The translations under genes were made by a program, and so were the position numbers. The notes beneath the pieces were generated by a model. It saw only the letters and a program-made list of their open reading frames with translations. It was not told the DNA's origin and ran no database searches. Shown here one piece after another: positions 19,865-29,576 of a stretch of 64,000 nt of DNA (within the stretch, counting starts at the first letter, position 1; each line of letters begins with the position of its first letter). The DNA is from an uncultured Gammaproteobacteria bacterium (GTDB lineage: Bacteria > Patescibacteriota > Microgenomatia > UBA8517): contig OZ246419.1 in the NCBI GenBank assembly GCA_965231135.1, positions 513,488 through 577,487 of the forward strand, read 5' to 3'.

Positions 19865-20896
19865 ATGGTTGATTATGAACAAAATATTGTAACAGTTGGA
19901 GGAGGAAGTGGTTTGCCTGTTGTCAACGAAGCACTTTTAAGAACAGCAAAAGTTGACTTCATAACTGCAATTGTTACTCCGTTTGACAACGGCGGATCTA
20001 CTCGCATGGACAGATTAGATTCATATGGAACACAAATTGGTTATGCGGATGCAATTCGAGTATTATTTTCTCTAATTGACCCTGAACAGTTAGATCCAAA
20101 CAAGGTTGCTACTCTCAAAAGATGGTTTACTCAAAGAGATGAAAAAGATAGAGTACCAGCAAGAGGAATAGTTCACAATTCGTTTACAGCTGATAATGGA
20201 ATTTCTCAAATTGAAAGAGATTTTTGCAGCCTTGGTGTAAATTTAAAAGGAGAAGTGCTATTTTCCAGTACAAAATCGAGCCAAATTGTGTTTACGACAG
20301 AAGACAATGATTATTTTGAAGGAGAGGATATGCTTGATATTCGCTCGACAACACCAGATACCGTTCGAAATATGAAGCTTAAGCCGGAAATTGATGCATT
20401 TCCCAAAGCTATTGAGGCTATTAAAAAAGCGAAATTAATAATTCTTTCTTGTGGCTCTGTACATGGCTCAGTTTTGTGTAATTTTTTGCCAACTGGAATG
20501 AAAGAAGCAATGGAAGAAACTGCTGCAAAAGTTTATTGGGTTACTAATTTAACAAGTACAAAAAATGAAACAGATGAAGCAACTCCAATTTCAATGGTAA
20601 GACTTGCTGAAAAATATACTGGAATTCAAATTTCAGGCCTAATTGTCCCACAAATGACACGTGAACAGTTTAATGAAGAACACCCTGAAGTGGCTGACAG
20701 ATATAAAAAACGTGAATCCTCTCATTTTTTAGGATGGAGCGAAGACCAACTTGATGAAGCGCATAGTGCTGGTATTGAAATTGTTAAGCATGATGCAATA
20801 AAAATCATTAGGATTAATCTTCCCGAAGATGCTTATAAGTTAATAGTTCGCCATGATCCTGTCAAACTTGCGCAATCTTTAAAATCTATAGTTTAA
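19865..20896 (+). CDS. YvcK/GlmR (UPF0052, CofD-like) family protein
   Basis: VTVGGGSG, AIVTPFDNGGST, GS..GSV..N motifs. Confidence 0.8.
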   Translation: MVDYEQNIVTVGGGSGLPVVNEALLRTAKVDFITAIVTPFDNGGSTRMDRLDSYGTQIGYADAIRVLFSLIDPEQLDPNKVATLKRWFTQRDEKDRVPARGIVHNSFTADNGISQIERDFCSLGVNLKGEVLFSSTKSSQIVFTTEDNDYFEGEDMLDIRSTTPDTVRNMKLKPEIDAFPKAIEAIKKAKLIILSCGSVHGSVLCNFLPTGMKEAMEETAAKVYWVTNLTSTKNETDEATPISMVRLAEKYTGIQISGLIVPQMTREQFNEEHPEVADRYKKRESSHFLGWSEDQLDEAHSAGIEIVKHDAIKIIRINLPEDAYKLIVRHDPVKLAQSLKSIV

Positions 20897-20898
20897 AC

Positions 20899-20963
20899 TT
20901 GACAATAAGCTAAAAAACCTATATATTATGGGTTATAAAGGCTCTCGTGTGAGAGCCTTTTTT
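20899..20963 (+). promoter_or_regulatory. Promoter followed by terminator-like hairpin ahead of the VanW gene
   Basis: TTGACA-N17-TATATT (20899-20927); AAAGGCTCTC-GTGT-GAGAGCCTTTTTT (20937-20963). Confidence 0.6.
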
Positions 20964-20980
20964 AGTGCCTAAAGGAAAAT

Positions 20981-21619
20981 ATGTTATCAAGTTATTTGCT
21001 AACTTTAGCCTTAGCTTTTGCTAATCCGACACCTTTTGAAGCCGGAAGCACTTCTAGTGCCCAAACAACCATTGCAAGCCATGTTATGCCTATGACTGAC
21101 AGATATGCAGTCCAAAGCGTAAATACTGTATTTAAAGATAACATCTTGCTTACTCTTCGTTATATGGACGGAGAAATTAAATCAAAAGCTGATATTGATT
21201 GGAATAAAGTTGAATCTGATTATCATTATTCATTTACTTTACAGCCTGGCCAAGAATTTGCTTTCCATGACAAAGTTGCGAAGCAATATGATAATGGGCA
21301 AATTGTTCAGGAAACAAACGCACATTTTGATTTTGATGACGGATTTAAGTCTGATGGATATCTAACTGGAGACGGCGTTTGCCATCTTGCTTCTATTATT
21401 GATTGGGTTGCAAAAGACGCCAATCTACAGGTGACCGCGCCAACAAACCATAATTTTGCCAACATTCCTGATGTGCCTAAAGAATACGGAGTTGCTATTT
21501 ATGAAGGTCCAGATGGAGGGGAAATGACAAATTTGTATATTACAAATAACAAAAATGTTCCTGTAACTTTCAAATTTGATTATACAAATAATAATTTAAC
21601 CGTGAGCGTCAGTGAATGA
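20981..21619 (+). CDS. VanW family protein
   Basis: GDGVCHLAS motif, TLQPGQEFAF, NLYITN. Confidence 0.8.
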   Translation: MLSSYLLTLALAFANPTPFEAGSTSSAQTTIASHVMPMTDRYAVQSVNTVFKDNILLTLRYMDGEIKSKADIDWNKVESDYHYSFTLQPGQEFAFHDKVAKQYDNGQIVQETNAHFDFDDGFKSDGYLTGDGVCHLASIIDWVAKDANLQVTAPTNHNFANIPDVPKEYGVAIYEGPDGGEMTNLYITNNKNVPVTFKFDYTNNNLTVSVSE

Positions 21620-21640
21620 GTTTTGGTATAATAGCCTTAT

Positions 21641-21715
21641 GGTGGCTGTAGCTCAGTTGGTTAGAGCGCGTGCCTGTGGAGCATGAGGTCGGCAGTTCGA
21701 GACTGCTCAGCCACC
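21641..21715 (+). tRNA. tRNA-His(GTG) with G-1
   Basis: Cloverleaf; anticodon arm CGTGC-CTGTGGA-GCATG; TTCGA T-loop. Confidence 0.95.
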
Positions 21716-23211
21716 CATAACGATTTTTTAGTACCTTCCAACCTCTTAATTATCTCAAAAGATTGACTCAAATACTCTGTTCTAAAACCTGGATATTGAT
21801 AAATTATATTCTGCGGGAATATCGAACTAACGAGCGTCTTTTTCTCAAATAAGTCTTTGCTTTGTGTCCAAGCTTTGTCCAAATTCCATAAAAAGTTATT
21901 CATAAAATTGACTAAAATATCTATGTCTATTTTTTGCAGTTTTGCCTCGCTTTTAATAGTCTTTTTTACTAAGATTTGATCTTCAATTAACTCAAGTTGT
22001 TCTTTGAAAGCTTCATCTGAATAAATTCCCTGTAAGTGCTTTTGTCCGAGTTTCTTTCTTACTTCATATAAGTCGCTTAGTTCTCTGTCTACACCTTTTT
22101 GTTTATTTATTAAGTGAGAATATCTATCTTGCCATTTTTCTTTTACCATTGCAGTAAATAACTGAACAAACTTTTTCTTTGGTTTTACTTTGGTCATAAA
22201 CTGAATAAATTCTTTCTCAAAGTTTTCTTTGGGAACAGAAGGGCTAAAATGAGATTTTTCTAAACAATAATAATAAGGGTATTTGCGTTTTGAAAAGGCA
22301 GCTGTCATTAACTTCCCGCACTTGTCGCAAATGACATGACGCCTTAATGGGAAACTTTCGTTTAATCTGTTATATTTCATGCCGACAGTTCGGGAGCGTT
22401 TATCTATAATCCCCTGAACTTTATAGAATAAATCTTCACTTATCATAGCTTCATGATTGCCGATTTTATCGGTACCCCAATCTTTATTTGCCACATAGCC
22501 GGCATAGAATTTATTTCTAAATAGTCTTTGAGTTTGTTGTTTTTTTGTGATGGGGATAAGTCTGTTATTTTTGTATTTGACTCTAATATTTAGCTTTCGC
22601 ATGACTGGAATAATCGAATCAAGTGTGTAAATTCCCGTTGCCATTTCTTCCCATGCTTTTTTTACTGCCTCAAATTGTTCAGAGTCACGCTCGATAATTT
22701 GTTTCTCGTCTTTTGTTATATTTATGTAGCCGACTGGTGCTTTGCCGTTGGCCCAGCCTGATTCTAATCGTTTTCTCATTCCGTCTTTTGACCTTAAACT
22801 TTTTGTTGCATTATCCAGTTTTGCACTTGCTGCGAGAAGCGTTTCAAGAAATTCACCAGTTGGACTATTTTCGACAGGTTCTGTAACAGATATAATTCTG
22901 ATTCCATATTTTGAGAGCTGTCTTTTGATTGCCAGAAAATCATAAGTATCGCGGGATATTCGATCTATCTTGTAAATAAATACAGCGGATACTTCTTTTT
23001 GATTTTTTCTGCAATCTTCTAACAGCCTTATAAGTTGTGGGCGATTTGTAGTCTTTGCACTTACCCCTTCTTCTCTATAAATTCCATTTTCCACTATCTT
23101 AAATTCTTGTCTTTCAGCTTCTCGTAAACAATAATCTTGTTGATTATCAAGGCTAAAATTAGAAACCTGTTCTTCAGAACTAACTCGCAAATATGCGTAA
23201 GCTTTTTTCAT
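21661..23211 (-). CDS. Large serine recombinase (integrase)
   Basis: YLRVSS catalytic Ser, DRISR, recombinase domain, CDKC..YYYC zinc ribbon; 3' end reads antisense into tRNA-His. Confidence 0.95.
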   Translation of the reverse strand: MKKAYAYLRVSSEEQVSNFSLDNQQDYCLREAERQEFKIVENGIYREEGVSAKTTNRPQLIRLLEDCRKNQKEVSAVFIYKIDRISRDTYDFLAIKRQLSKYGIRIISVTEPVENSPTGEFLETLLAASAKLDNATKSLRSKDGMRKRLESGWANGKAPVGYINITKDEKQIIERDSEQFEAVKKAWEEMATGIYTLDSIIPVMRKLNIRVKYKNNRLIPITKKQQTQRLFRNKFYAGYVANKDWGTDKIGNHEAMISEDLFYKVQGIIDKRSRTVGMKYNRLNESFPLRRHVICDKCGKLMTAAFSKRKYPYYYCLEKSHFSPSVPKENFEKEFIQFMTKVKPKKKFVQLFTAMVKEKWQDRYSHLINKQKGVDRELSDLYEVRKKLGQKHLQGIYSDEAFKEQLELIEDQILVKKTIKSEAKLQKIDIDILVNFMNNFLWNLDKAWTQSKDLFEKKTLVSSIFPQNIIYQYPGFRTEYLSQSFEIIKRLEGTKKSLWVAEQSRTADLMLHRHAL

Positions 23212-23366
23212 AATTGTTTATACTTCTTTACCTTATACTTTCTTTCAAAATGACGCAATCCAACCTCAATAATGCCATTAAAAGTGTTAATAAGTGATTG
23301 AATTTCTTCATCAGGCATATTTTTTGCAAGTTCACCTAAAAACTTTTTAGCGCTGGCTATTGTCAT
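23208..23366 (-). CDS. Small protein translationally coupled to the recombinase (not in ORF track)
   Basis: 52 aa MTIASAKKFLGELAKNMPDEEIQSLINTF...; ATGA overlaps on both sides. Confidence 0.65.
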   Translation of the reverse strand: MTIASAKKFLGELAKNMPDEEIQSLINTFNGIIEVGLRHFERKYKVKKYKQL

Positions 23367-23842
23367 ATGCGACCTCCACTCGTAGACAAACTTCTTAGAT
23401 TAAGGTCGTTTACTCTCTTTCTTAAAAGTTCCAAACCTTCATTATTCTTTGTATTCTTATTTGTATTCTTACTATTAGAAGTTTCTAACAACTGATATAA
23501 CGAATTTGTAACAGTTCTTATGATATTTTTATCACCTTTATCTTTGCTAAATGTGATAGTTTCATCACAAAAGTCGTAAATATTTGTTTGAGAATAGCCT
23601 CTTCTTCGCTTGAGTATAAATTTATGTTTTTCTAACCATGTGGTATGGTGATTTATAGTTTCTCTTCTTTTACCTAAATCGTTGGCCAACCTTTGTTGCG
23701 AAGGGAACGCTTTGTGGTGACCATATGCATAAGACTTTATGTCAACATAAACTCGAAATACGCAATCAGGTATTTTTCTATTTCTTATTACCCAATTTGG
23801 TATTAGAGTGAAATCGCTTTTTGGCTTAGAATATATACTCAT
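23363..23842 (-). CDS. HTH protein, phage replication-initiator-like
   Basis: FTLIPN; AFPSQQRLANDLG..RETI..H...LE; TNIY. Confidence 0.75.
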   Translation of the reverse strand: MSIYSKPKSDFTLIPNWVIRNRKIPDCVFRVYVDIKSYAYGHHKAFPSQQRLANDLGKRRETINHHTTWLEKHKFILKRRRGYSQTNIYDFCDETITFSKDKGDKNIIRTVTNSLYQLLETSNSKNTNKNTKNNEGLELLRKRVNDLNLRSLSTSGGRI

Positions 23843-23850
23843 TTTTATAG

Positions 23851-24114
23851 CTAAGATTCTTGATATAATTTGTCTTTTAGTGTCTTGATTGCCGAAATAA
23901 GAACTCGAGCATCTACGAGTACTTCAGAGTTTTGATTTTTTGAAAAATTGAAATTTCGAACCAACTTACGAAGTTTTGCTGTATCAGAAAAAACAAATTG
24001 CGAACGACGATTTCGTGTATTGTTTTTTTCAATGTCCAAAAGCTCCAAGTCTTTTGCAATCAAAAAACAAGATAAATAAAAATTGGCACTTTTGAAATTT
24101 TTATTCTCATTCAT
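23851..24114 (-). CDS. DUF5659-like small protein
   Basis: FYLSCFL...FVF...LKDKLY; homologous to 42587-42859. Confidence 0.7.
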   Translation of the reverse strand: MNENKNFKSANFYLSCFLIAKDLELLDIEKNNTRNRRSQFVFSDTAKLRKLVRNFNFSKNQNSEVLVDARVLISAIKTLKDKLYQES

Positions 24115-24191
24115 AACTCAATACTAAATTGAGTTTTTTACTTGTTCTAGTGAGGTGAACTAGTGAAAAGTAGGGATAAATGGGGACAGTT

Positions 24192-24584
24192 TCATTTCCA
24201 CTTGTCTTGAATTGTCATTGATGCGCCCCTGTTTATTATTTTTATTGTTATGGGAAGATTTTGTAAACTCTTTTTTAAATAATAAACATTTCTTCGCATA
24301 GACTGATTTATCACCTTTCGTTTACCTTGTCTGGGGTATTTTCTACCAAATGAATGCTCGTAAAGTTCTTTATACGGCCAATGGGCTAAACTATTTTCGA
24401 AGAGGTAATGAAAAATAGCAAATTTTTCTGACCACGTATTTGGGAAGGTGTGTACTACTTTATTTTTGTAAATAAGCAGCCCCTTGTTATTTTCTGAAAT
24501 TTCCAATTTCCAGTTTCGTAGATTGGTACGCTTAATTTGCATATAGCCAAATAATTCATTAGATTTCCATAAGGGAATTTCCAT
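24192..24584 (-). CDS. Winged-helix (OmpR C-terminal-like) DNA-binding protein
   Basis: IFHYLF..YKELY...RRNVYYLKKSL pattern; start moved to MEIPLW. Confidence 0.5.
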   Translation of the reverse strand: MEIPLWKSNELFGYMQIKRTNLRNWKLEISENNKGLLIYKNKVVHTFPNTWSEKFAIFHYLFENSLAHWPYKELYEHSFGRKYPRQGKRKVINQSMRRNVYYLKKSLQNLPITIKIINRGASMTIQDKWK

Positions 24585-24623
24585 ATTTATATTTATTTGC
24601 TTGTATTTTACACTTATTAACAC

Positions 24624-24649
24624 AAAAAGCGGATCATATTGATCCGCCT
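24624..24649 (-). terminator. Intrinsic terminator after 24666-25109
   Basis: GGCGGATCA-ATA-TGATCCGC followed by T run on minus strand. Confidence 0.7.
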
Positions 24650-24665
24650 TCTGTTAAATAAACAT

Positions 24666-25109
24666 TTACTGAACTACTTCACAACTATCTATCTTAATAA
24701 CTCCAATGGTTTGCCCTCCAACTGTACCTTTTACTGTAACTGTCTGGCCGTTTTTAAGAGGGATAAGCTCACTTTTGTCTGTTATATTGCAGTTTATTTG
24801 AGTCATTGAATACTGTTTAGTTGCTACATTGTAAAATGAAATTCCGCTATCTGTTATATTTGAGATTTGAGCGCTGAATTGAACTACTTTATTATTCCAT
24901 TTATCTTTTGCGGCAACTTGGTTAGTATCAAAATCATCTGCTATTTGGCTTGCTGTAATCGCTTCTGGTGTGCTTGTAGGCTGTATCAGAGCATTATTAT
25001 TGCTTGTAGTTACCTTACTGTTTTTGCTACTTCCGGCAGCCCCAATAACTCCAAGTACAACTAAAATTACAATAACTCCCAGACATCCGATCCCTAATTT
25101 CTTCTTCAA
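24666..25109 (-). CDS. Membrane-anchored OB-fold protein (tRNA_anti-like)
   Basis: N-terminal TM; NQVAA..K, LKNGQTVTVKG. Confidence 0.7.
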   Translation of the reverse strand: MKKKLGIGCLGVIVILVVLGVIGAAGSSKNSKVTTSNNNALIQPTSTPEAITASQIADDFDTNQVAAKDKWNNKVVQFSAQISNITDSGISFYNVATKQYSMTQINCNITDKSELIPLKNGQTVTVKGTVGGQTIGVIKIDSCEVVQ

Positions 25110-25210
25110 TTTACATCACCTCTTTTCATGCTTGTTTTGTGCCTGATATTTGGCATTCTCGCCACATACAAATTATGGCACAGATGCCAAACTTATTCAA
25201 CTTATAGCTT

Positions 25211-25420
25211 ATGGCTACGATTACAGAGAGATTTGGAAGTAAAGTTAGAAAACTTCGTGAACAAAAGAATATGTCACAACTTGAACTCGCTCAAAAGTCT
25301 GGCCTTGATCTAACTACAATTAACGAAATTGAAATGGGTAACAGAAGCCCGATGTTAAAAACAATCTGGAAAATATCAAATGCATTACAAGTAAAACTAA
25401 GCAGTTTGTTTGAGTTGTAA
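25211..25420 (+). CDS. XRE-family HTH transcriptional regulator
   Basis: MSQLELAQKSGL...INEIEMG.RSP. Confidence 0.9.
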   Translation: MATITERFGSKVRKLREQKNMSQLELAQKSGLDLTTINEIEMGNRSPMLKTIWKISNALQVKLSSLFEL

Positions 25421-25431
25421 TATATTAACTT

Positions 25432-25803
25432 TCAGTTTGTATTATCAACTATTTCCACTTTTATCCCTGTAATAATTTTTTCAGGCTCAACACTAGCAAA
25501 ATTTGCTTTACCTTCAGTTTTGTCAGCAACAAATTTGAAGGCGTCAAGATCATTTCTTGCTTTAATTATGGCCAGATATGCTAAGTCAGCTGCAACACAA
25601 CGCTTATCCGGGTCGTTTTCTTTCCAAGCCATAAATTCACTAACAGTCAGAGATTTGAAGTAGTTAAGCCAATATGTGAAAGACTGATAATTTTTTGGTC
25701 TGCCGTTGTGGGTTATATTTTCAGGGTGTTCGCCTAGTCCACCAATTCCCTTCGGGTTACGGTTGTAATTTATAATTTTGACTTGTTTCGAAGTCTGTTC
25801 CAT
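25432..25803 (-). CDS. DUF5681-like / terminase small subunit-like protein
   Basis: NPKG...NGRPK motif; close paralog of 43840-44220. Confidence 0.65.
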   Translation of the reverse strand: MEQTSKQVKIINYNRNPKGIGGLGEHPENITHNGRPKNYQSFTYWLNYFKSLTVSEFMAWKENDPDKRCVAADLAYLAIIKARNDLDAFKFVADKTEGKANFASVEPEKIITGIKVEIVDNTN

Positions 25804-25851
25804 GCCTAATTGTATTCTATTTTTTGTTAGCATAGAATTGTATACTGTTGT

Positions 25852-26571
25852 ATGTATTTAACCCACAGCCACCAAGTTTTGCCATCAGTCGGTTTATCGA
25901 ACAATGCAGCAGTTGGGGCAGCAATCGGATCATTTACGGCTTTTATTTTTGGATTGATTGCCTATAACTACACTAAAAAAAGGGAAAAATGGATTACACA
26001 CCATAATGCTTTGGTAAAAACTGAACGACTTGTAAATAGACATTTGAACGAAATTACTGGAAATGTTTTTTTGCTGGAAGGCGCGATTAAAACTTTCGAA
26101 AAAGACGCGTTTAGTGAAAATGTACTAGATCCGTTGGAAAGCCCAGACTATATGATTGATTTCCACAATCTCGAATTGGTAAACACATATCAAGATTACG
26201 AAGCTCTTGTCGACAAAGTTAACCACGACCTGTCTGCGTGGAATAAATCAAACGAAAGACTTTTTAATGTAGCTCTTAGCGGCAAAGTTCCGCTGGCGGA
26301 TATTGATTTAAATCGCAAAGAACTTACAAGAAGATCGCGAGAAATAACGAGTCATTTAGAAGATTTGCTGGAAGAATCTTATACTATTGGCGCTTATGTC
26401 AGAAAGTTTATGGCTGTCGATAAACCAGACTTTTTTGGTCGCTTGGGTCCTACTGAACGAATTAAACTTACAGAGCAAGAAATTTCTAGTGAAAGAAAAA
26501 AATTCGTTAAAGAAAGTAAAGATACGATTGAAAGAGACAAAAATGGTCGACTTAGCAAATACAAGCACTAA
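25852..26571 (+). CDS. Hypothetical membrane-anchored protein
   Basis: N-terminal TM followed by helical domain. Confidence 0.65.
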   Translation: MYLTHSHQVLPSVGLSNNAAVGAAIGSFTAFIFGLIAYNYTKKREKWITHHNALVKTERLVNRHLNEITGNVFLLEGAIKTFEKDAFSENVLDPLESPDYMIDFHNLELVNTYQDYEALVDKVNHDLSAWNKSNERLFNVALSGKVPLADIDLNRKELTRRSREITSHLEDLLEESYTIGAYVRKFMAVDKPDFFGRLGPTERIKLTEQEISSERKKFVKESKDTIERDKNGRLSKYKH

Positions 26572-26625
26572 AAAACACAATGAAAGCTGCGATAAACGAT
26601 TATTTTGATCTTAATTAAGTTAATG

Positions 26626-27633
26626 TTAATTGTTTTGTAGTTTTTCTAAGGCTGAAGAAAACTTTTCCCAATCTCTGTCTTTTATTTCAACCACGCCAGT
26701 TTTTTGTGCCTCTTCAAGATAGACTGAACCTCTTTGCCCTGGAACTCTAACTGGTTCATTTGGATTCATTGGTGGAATAGCTAAAATATCATTTGCTAAT
26801 TTTGTTGTTGAAGCTTTGAAATCTTTGATGTCGCCAAACGAAGCTGGATCAATAACTATAATAAGTGTTCCAATATATTTTTGTGAGTCCGATGGTTGAT
26901 CTAATCCGCTTTTGCCTCTGACAAGTGCTCCGCTTAAAACTTCTAACAGAAGGTTAATCGCATAACCTTTGTATCCACCAAAGGGAAGTATTGCAACTGC
27001 ATCATTTGGATCCGTAGTAATTACACCTTCTTTGGTTAAATATGCATTATCAGGGAGTTTTTCACCATTTTCTTTTGCCTGTCTAATTCTACCCCAAGCA
27101 TACATAGCTGTTGCTGCATCAAAGATTATTGGGAAACTATTTGTTGGAATTCCATAAGCAATAGGGTTTGTACCAAATATGTCTTTTTTACCGCCATGCG
27201 GGACAACACCCTGCGGCCCACCATTTTCTGCAATTATTGCTATACAATCTTGTGCCGCAATTTTACGGCAAAAGACATCAAAGAAGTCATTATAAGTGCT
27301 GTCGTAAATTCCAAAAGCATAAATCCCTTGCTTTTTCGCTGACTTTACAATTTCATCTATATAACCAGCTGTGATTAGAGGCGCAAGTCTACCATTTCCC
27401 TTAATAAGTTTCAACGAAGGTTTGTCTACAACGATTTCTTCTTTGTCCACTCTGATGTTATCTATAAGCCTTGCATGCTTGCCCGGTAATTCTCCAATCG
27501 GGCTAAATTGATTACCGATTATTTCTTGTTCAACAATTAAACCAGTGAAGGTTTCAATATCATGCGAAGGCATACCTACAAGTTCAAGATATTTACTTAC
27601 TTTTTGCTTCAACTCACTCGTTTTTATTTTCAT
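26626..27633 (-). CDS. Ldh_2 family (malate/L-lactate-type) oxidoreductase
   Basis: GTNPIAYGIP, FDAAT, PFGGYKGY, VRVPG motifs. Confidence 0.9.
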   Translation of the reverse strand: MKIKTSELKQKVSKYLELVGMPSHDIETFTGLIVEQEIIGNQFSPIGELPGKHARLIDNIRVDKEEIVVDKPSLKLIKGNGRLAPLITAGYIDEIVKSAKKQGIYAFGIYDSTYNDFFDVFCRKIAAQDCIAIIAENGGPQGVVPHGGKKDIFGTNPIAYGIPTNSFPIIFDAATAMYAWGRIRQAKENGEKLPDNAYLTKEGVITTDPNDAVAILPFGGYKGYAINLLLEVLSGALVRGKSGLDQPSDSQKYIGTLIIVIDPASFGDIKDFKASTTKLANDILAIPPMNPNEPVRVPGQRGSVYLEEAQKTGVVEIKDRDWEKFSSALEKLQNN

Positions 27634-28505
27634 TTTTTAATAAACTCAATCGCCTCATCAACCATAATGTCTTGATGTGGTGCAAAAGAATGAACAGCGC
27701 CGTCGATTATCTTTCCAGTTGAATTTGGGATATTTTTTAAAAGAATATCCATTGCTTCTTTTGGGTGCTCGGGGTTTGTTGGGTAAAAATATTCGTCTTT
27801 GGATCCGACAATAATTTTTGTGGGTACATTTATCTTTTTTAATACCGGGAAATCATAATTTTTGTTTGAGAACTCAAACATTCTACCAAACTCATCTTGA
27901 CTGTACCAGCTGACATAAGTTTTATATGAAAGAACTATACTGTCAAATTCATCGGTAACCATTTCTTCACCTCTTCCACTGTCAACCATTTTTTGTGCGC
28001 TTTTAAGAGTTTCTTCAAGAGGCTTCTTCGTGTAAATTTCTAATCCAGCTTTTTTGTCAAAAGGTGCTAGCAGTATAAGTTTTTTAATTGAATCTTTGTT
28101 TCTTCCCGTAAGCAAATATCTAACAACCTTATAGGTTCCCAGTGAATGACCTGATAGAATTATGTCTTTGTAACCTTTTTCTAAGAGAAATCTTACCCAA
28201 GCACCAATATCTATATGGCAATCTTCAATAAGTTCATATCTTGCTCCGATTGTCGTTATCTTCTCATCAGTAGTATTAAAGTCTTTTATTTTCTCACTAC
28301 CTCTTGTATTTACTGTAAGAAAAGATAGATTTTCGGCTTTTGATCTCTCTGCTAGAAGTTGCACGAATTTATTTTCATAAAAGTTTCCCTCAAAACCATG
28401 AATATGTAGTATGGCTTTACTACCTTTTCCCGAAACAAAATAACCTTGAAGATAAATATTATCTGAAGTGGCAACTTGCACCAGTGAGGGACTAGATATT
28501 TTCAT
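27630..28505 (-). CDS. Alpha/beta hydrolase (DUF1749-like)
   Basis: HIHG, GHSLG nucleophile, GSKDE, GAVHSF. Confidence 0.85.
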   Translation of the reverse strand: MKISSPSLVQVATSDNIYLQGYFVSGKGSKAILHIHGFEGNFYENKFVQLLAERSKAENLSFLTVNTRGSEKIKDFNTTDEKITTIGARYELIEDCHIDIGAWVRFLLEKGYKDIILSGHSLGTYKVVRYLLTGRNKDSIKKLILLAPFDKKAGLEIYTKKPLEETLKSAQKMVDSGRGEEMVTDEFDSIVLSYKTYVSWYSQDEFGRMFEFSNKNYDFPVLKKINVPTKIIVGSKDEYFYPTNPEHPKEAMDILLKNIPNSTGKIIDGAVHSFAPHQDIMVDEAIEFIKK

Positions 28506-28628
28506 CTGCGTGTATTATAGCCTATTATGAAATCAAGCAAAAGCATAGCTCTTCTGTCCGAACACTTTGAACAATTTACTCATTTCACTTATAATTTGTT
28601 CTAACTGAAGATCGTTAAGAACCCCAAT

Positions 28629-29576
28629 ATGTTAGTAGATATTATTGAAGTTGTTTTTAAAGGTGGACATGGAGGGCGCGGGATTGTTTCATTTGGAAAA
28701 ATGGCAAGAAGCGGACCTGACGGGGGAAATGGAGGCCGGGGAGGAGATTTGTTTGTTCGGGCAACTTCAGATATAACATTACTCAACCAATTTAATTCTG
28801 AAAATTTTGCTGCGGCAGAAAATGGGCAACCAGGCGGACGAAATAAAACAAGTGGAAAAGATGGAAAAGATTTAGAAGTTTTATTGCCTGTTGGTACCAG
28901 CCTGATTGATAAAAAATCTGGATTAACAATTTTGGAGTTAAAACAAATCGACCAGAGGGAACTTGTTTGCAGGGGAGGACTTGGCGGGAAAGGAAACTGG
29001 GAATTTAGAGGGCCAAAAAATATTACTCCAATGTATGCGCAATCAGGATTTGCTGGAGATAAAAAAGATTTGATATTGTCGCTACGTTTAATTGCAGATT
29101 ATGGCTTTATTGGGCTTCCAAATGCTGGAAAAACAAGTTTACTTAATGAATTAACTAATTCAAAAGCAAAAACTGCAAATTATGCCTTTACTACTTTGAC
29201 TCCGAATATTGGAGTATATAACGGTAAATATTTAGCCGATATTCCAGGTCTTATTGAAGGAGCATCGAACGGAAAAGGGCTGGGGATAAAATTTTTAAAA
29301 CACATTGAAAAGGTTGATGTGCTTTTGCATTGTATTGCTTCAGATTCTCCCAACCCTGAAAAGGATTACGAAACAGTTAGAGGAGAATTAAAAGCATATA
29401 ACAGCGAATTGTTAAATAAAAAAGAGATAATTTTATTAACCAAATCAGACATGGTTGAAGACAAAAAAACCTTAAAAGAATTAATAAATAGAATGAAGCT
29501 TCTTAATAAAAAAGTAATGCCTATTTCTATTCATGACTTTGAAAGTATTGAAAAATTGAAAAAAATTTTAAAGTGA
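28629..29576 (+). CDS. obgE: GTPase ObgE
   Basis: Gly-rich Obg fold, GLPNAGKT, YAFTT, DIPG, TKSD. Confidence 0.95.
   Translation: MLVDIIEVVFKGGHGGRGIVSFGKMARSGPDGGNGGRGGDLFVRATSDITLLNQFNSENFAAAENGQPGGRNKTSGKDGKDLEVLLPVGTSLIDKKSGLTILELKQIDQRELVCRGGLGGKGNWEFRGPKNITPMYAQSGFAGDKKDLILSLRLIADYGFIGLPNAGKTSLLNELTNSKAKTANYAFTTLTPNIGVYNGKYLADIPGLIEGASNGKGLGIKFLKHIEKVDVLLHCIASDSPNPEKDYETVRGELKAYNSELLNKKEIILLTKSDMVEDKKTLKELINRMKLLNKKVMPISIHDFESIEKLKKILK

Larger units (their letters stand above)
21713..28624. mobile_element. Serine-recombinase genomic island at tRNA-His 3' end
   Basis: ACCC core at 21713-21716 and 28621-28624; rejoining restores the tRNA CCA next to the obgE ATG and an in-frame recombinase tail. 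Confidence 0.8.

Noticed and set aside
28541-28550. Extra copy of the AAGC-N3-GCTT motif
   Set aside because: Incomplete match lying in the recombinase tail coding sequence
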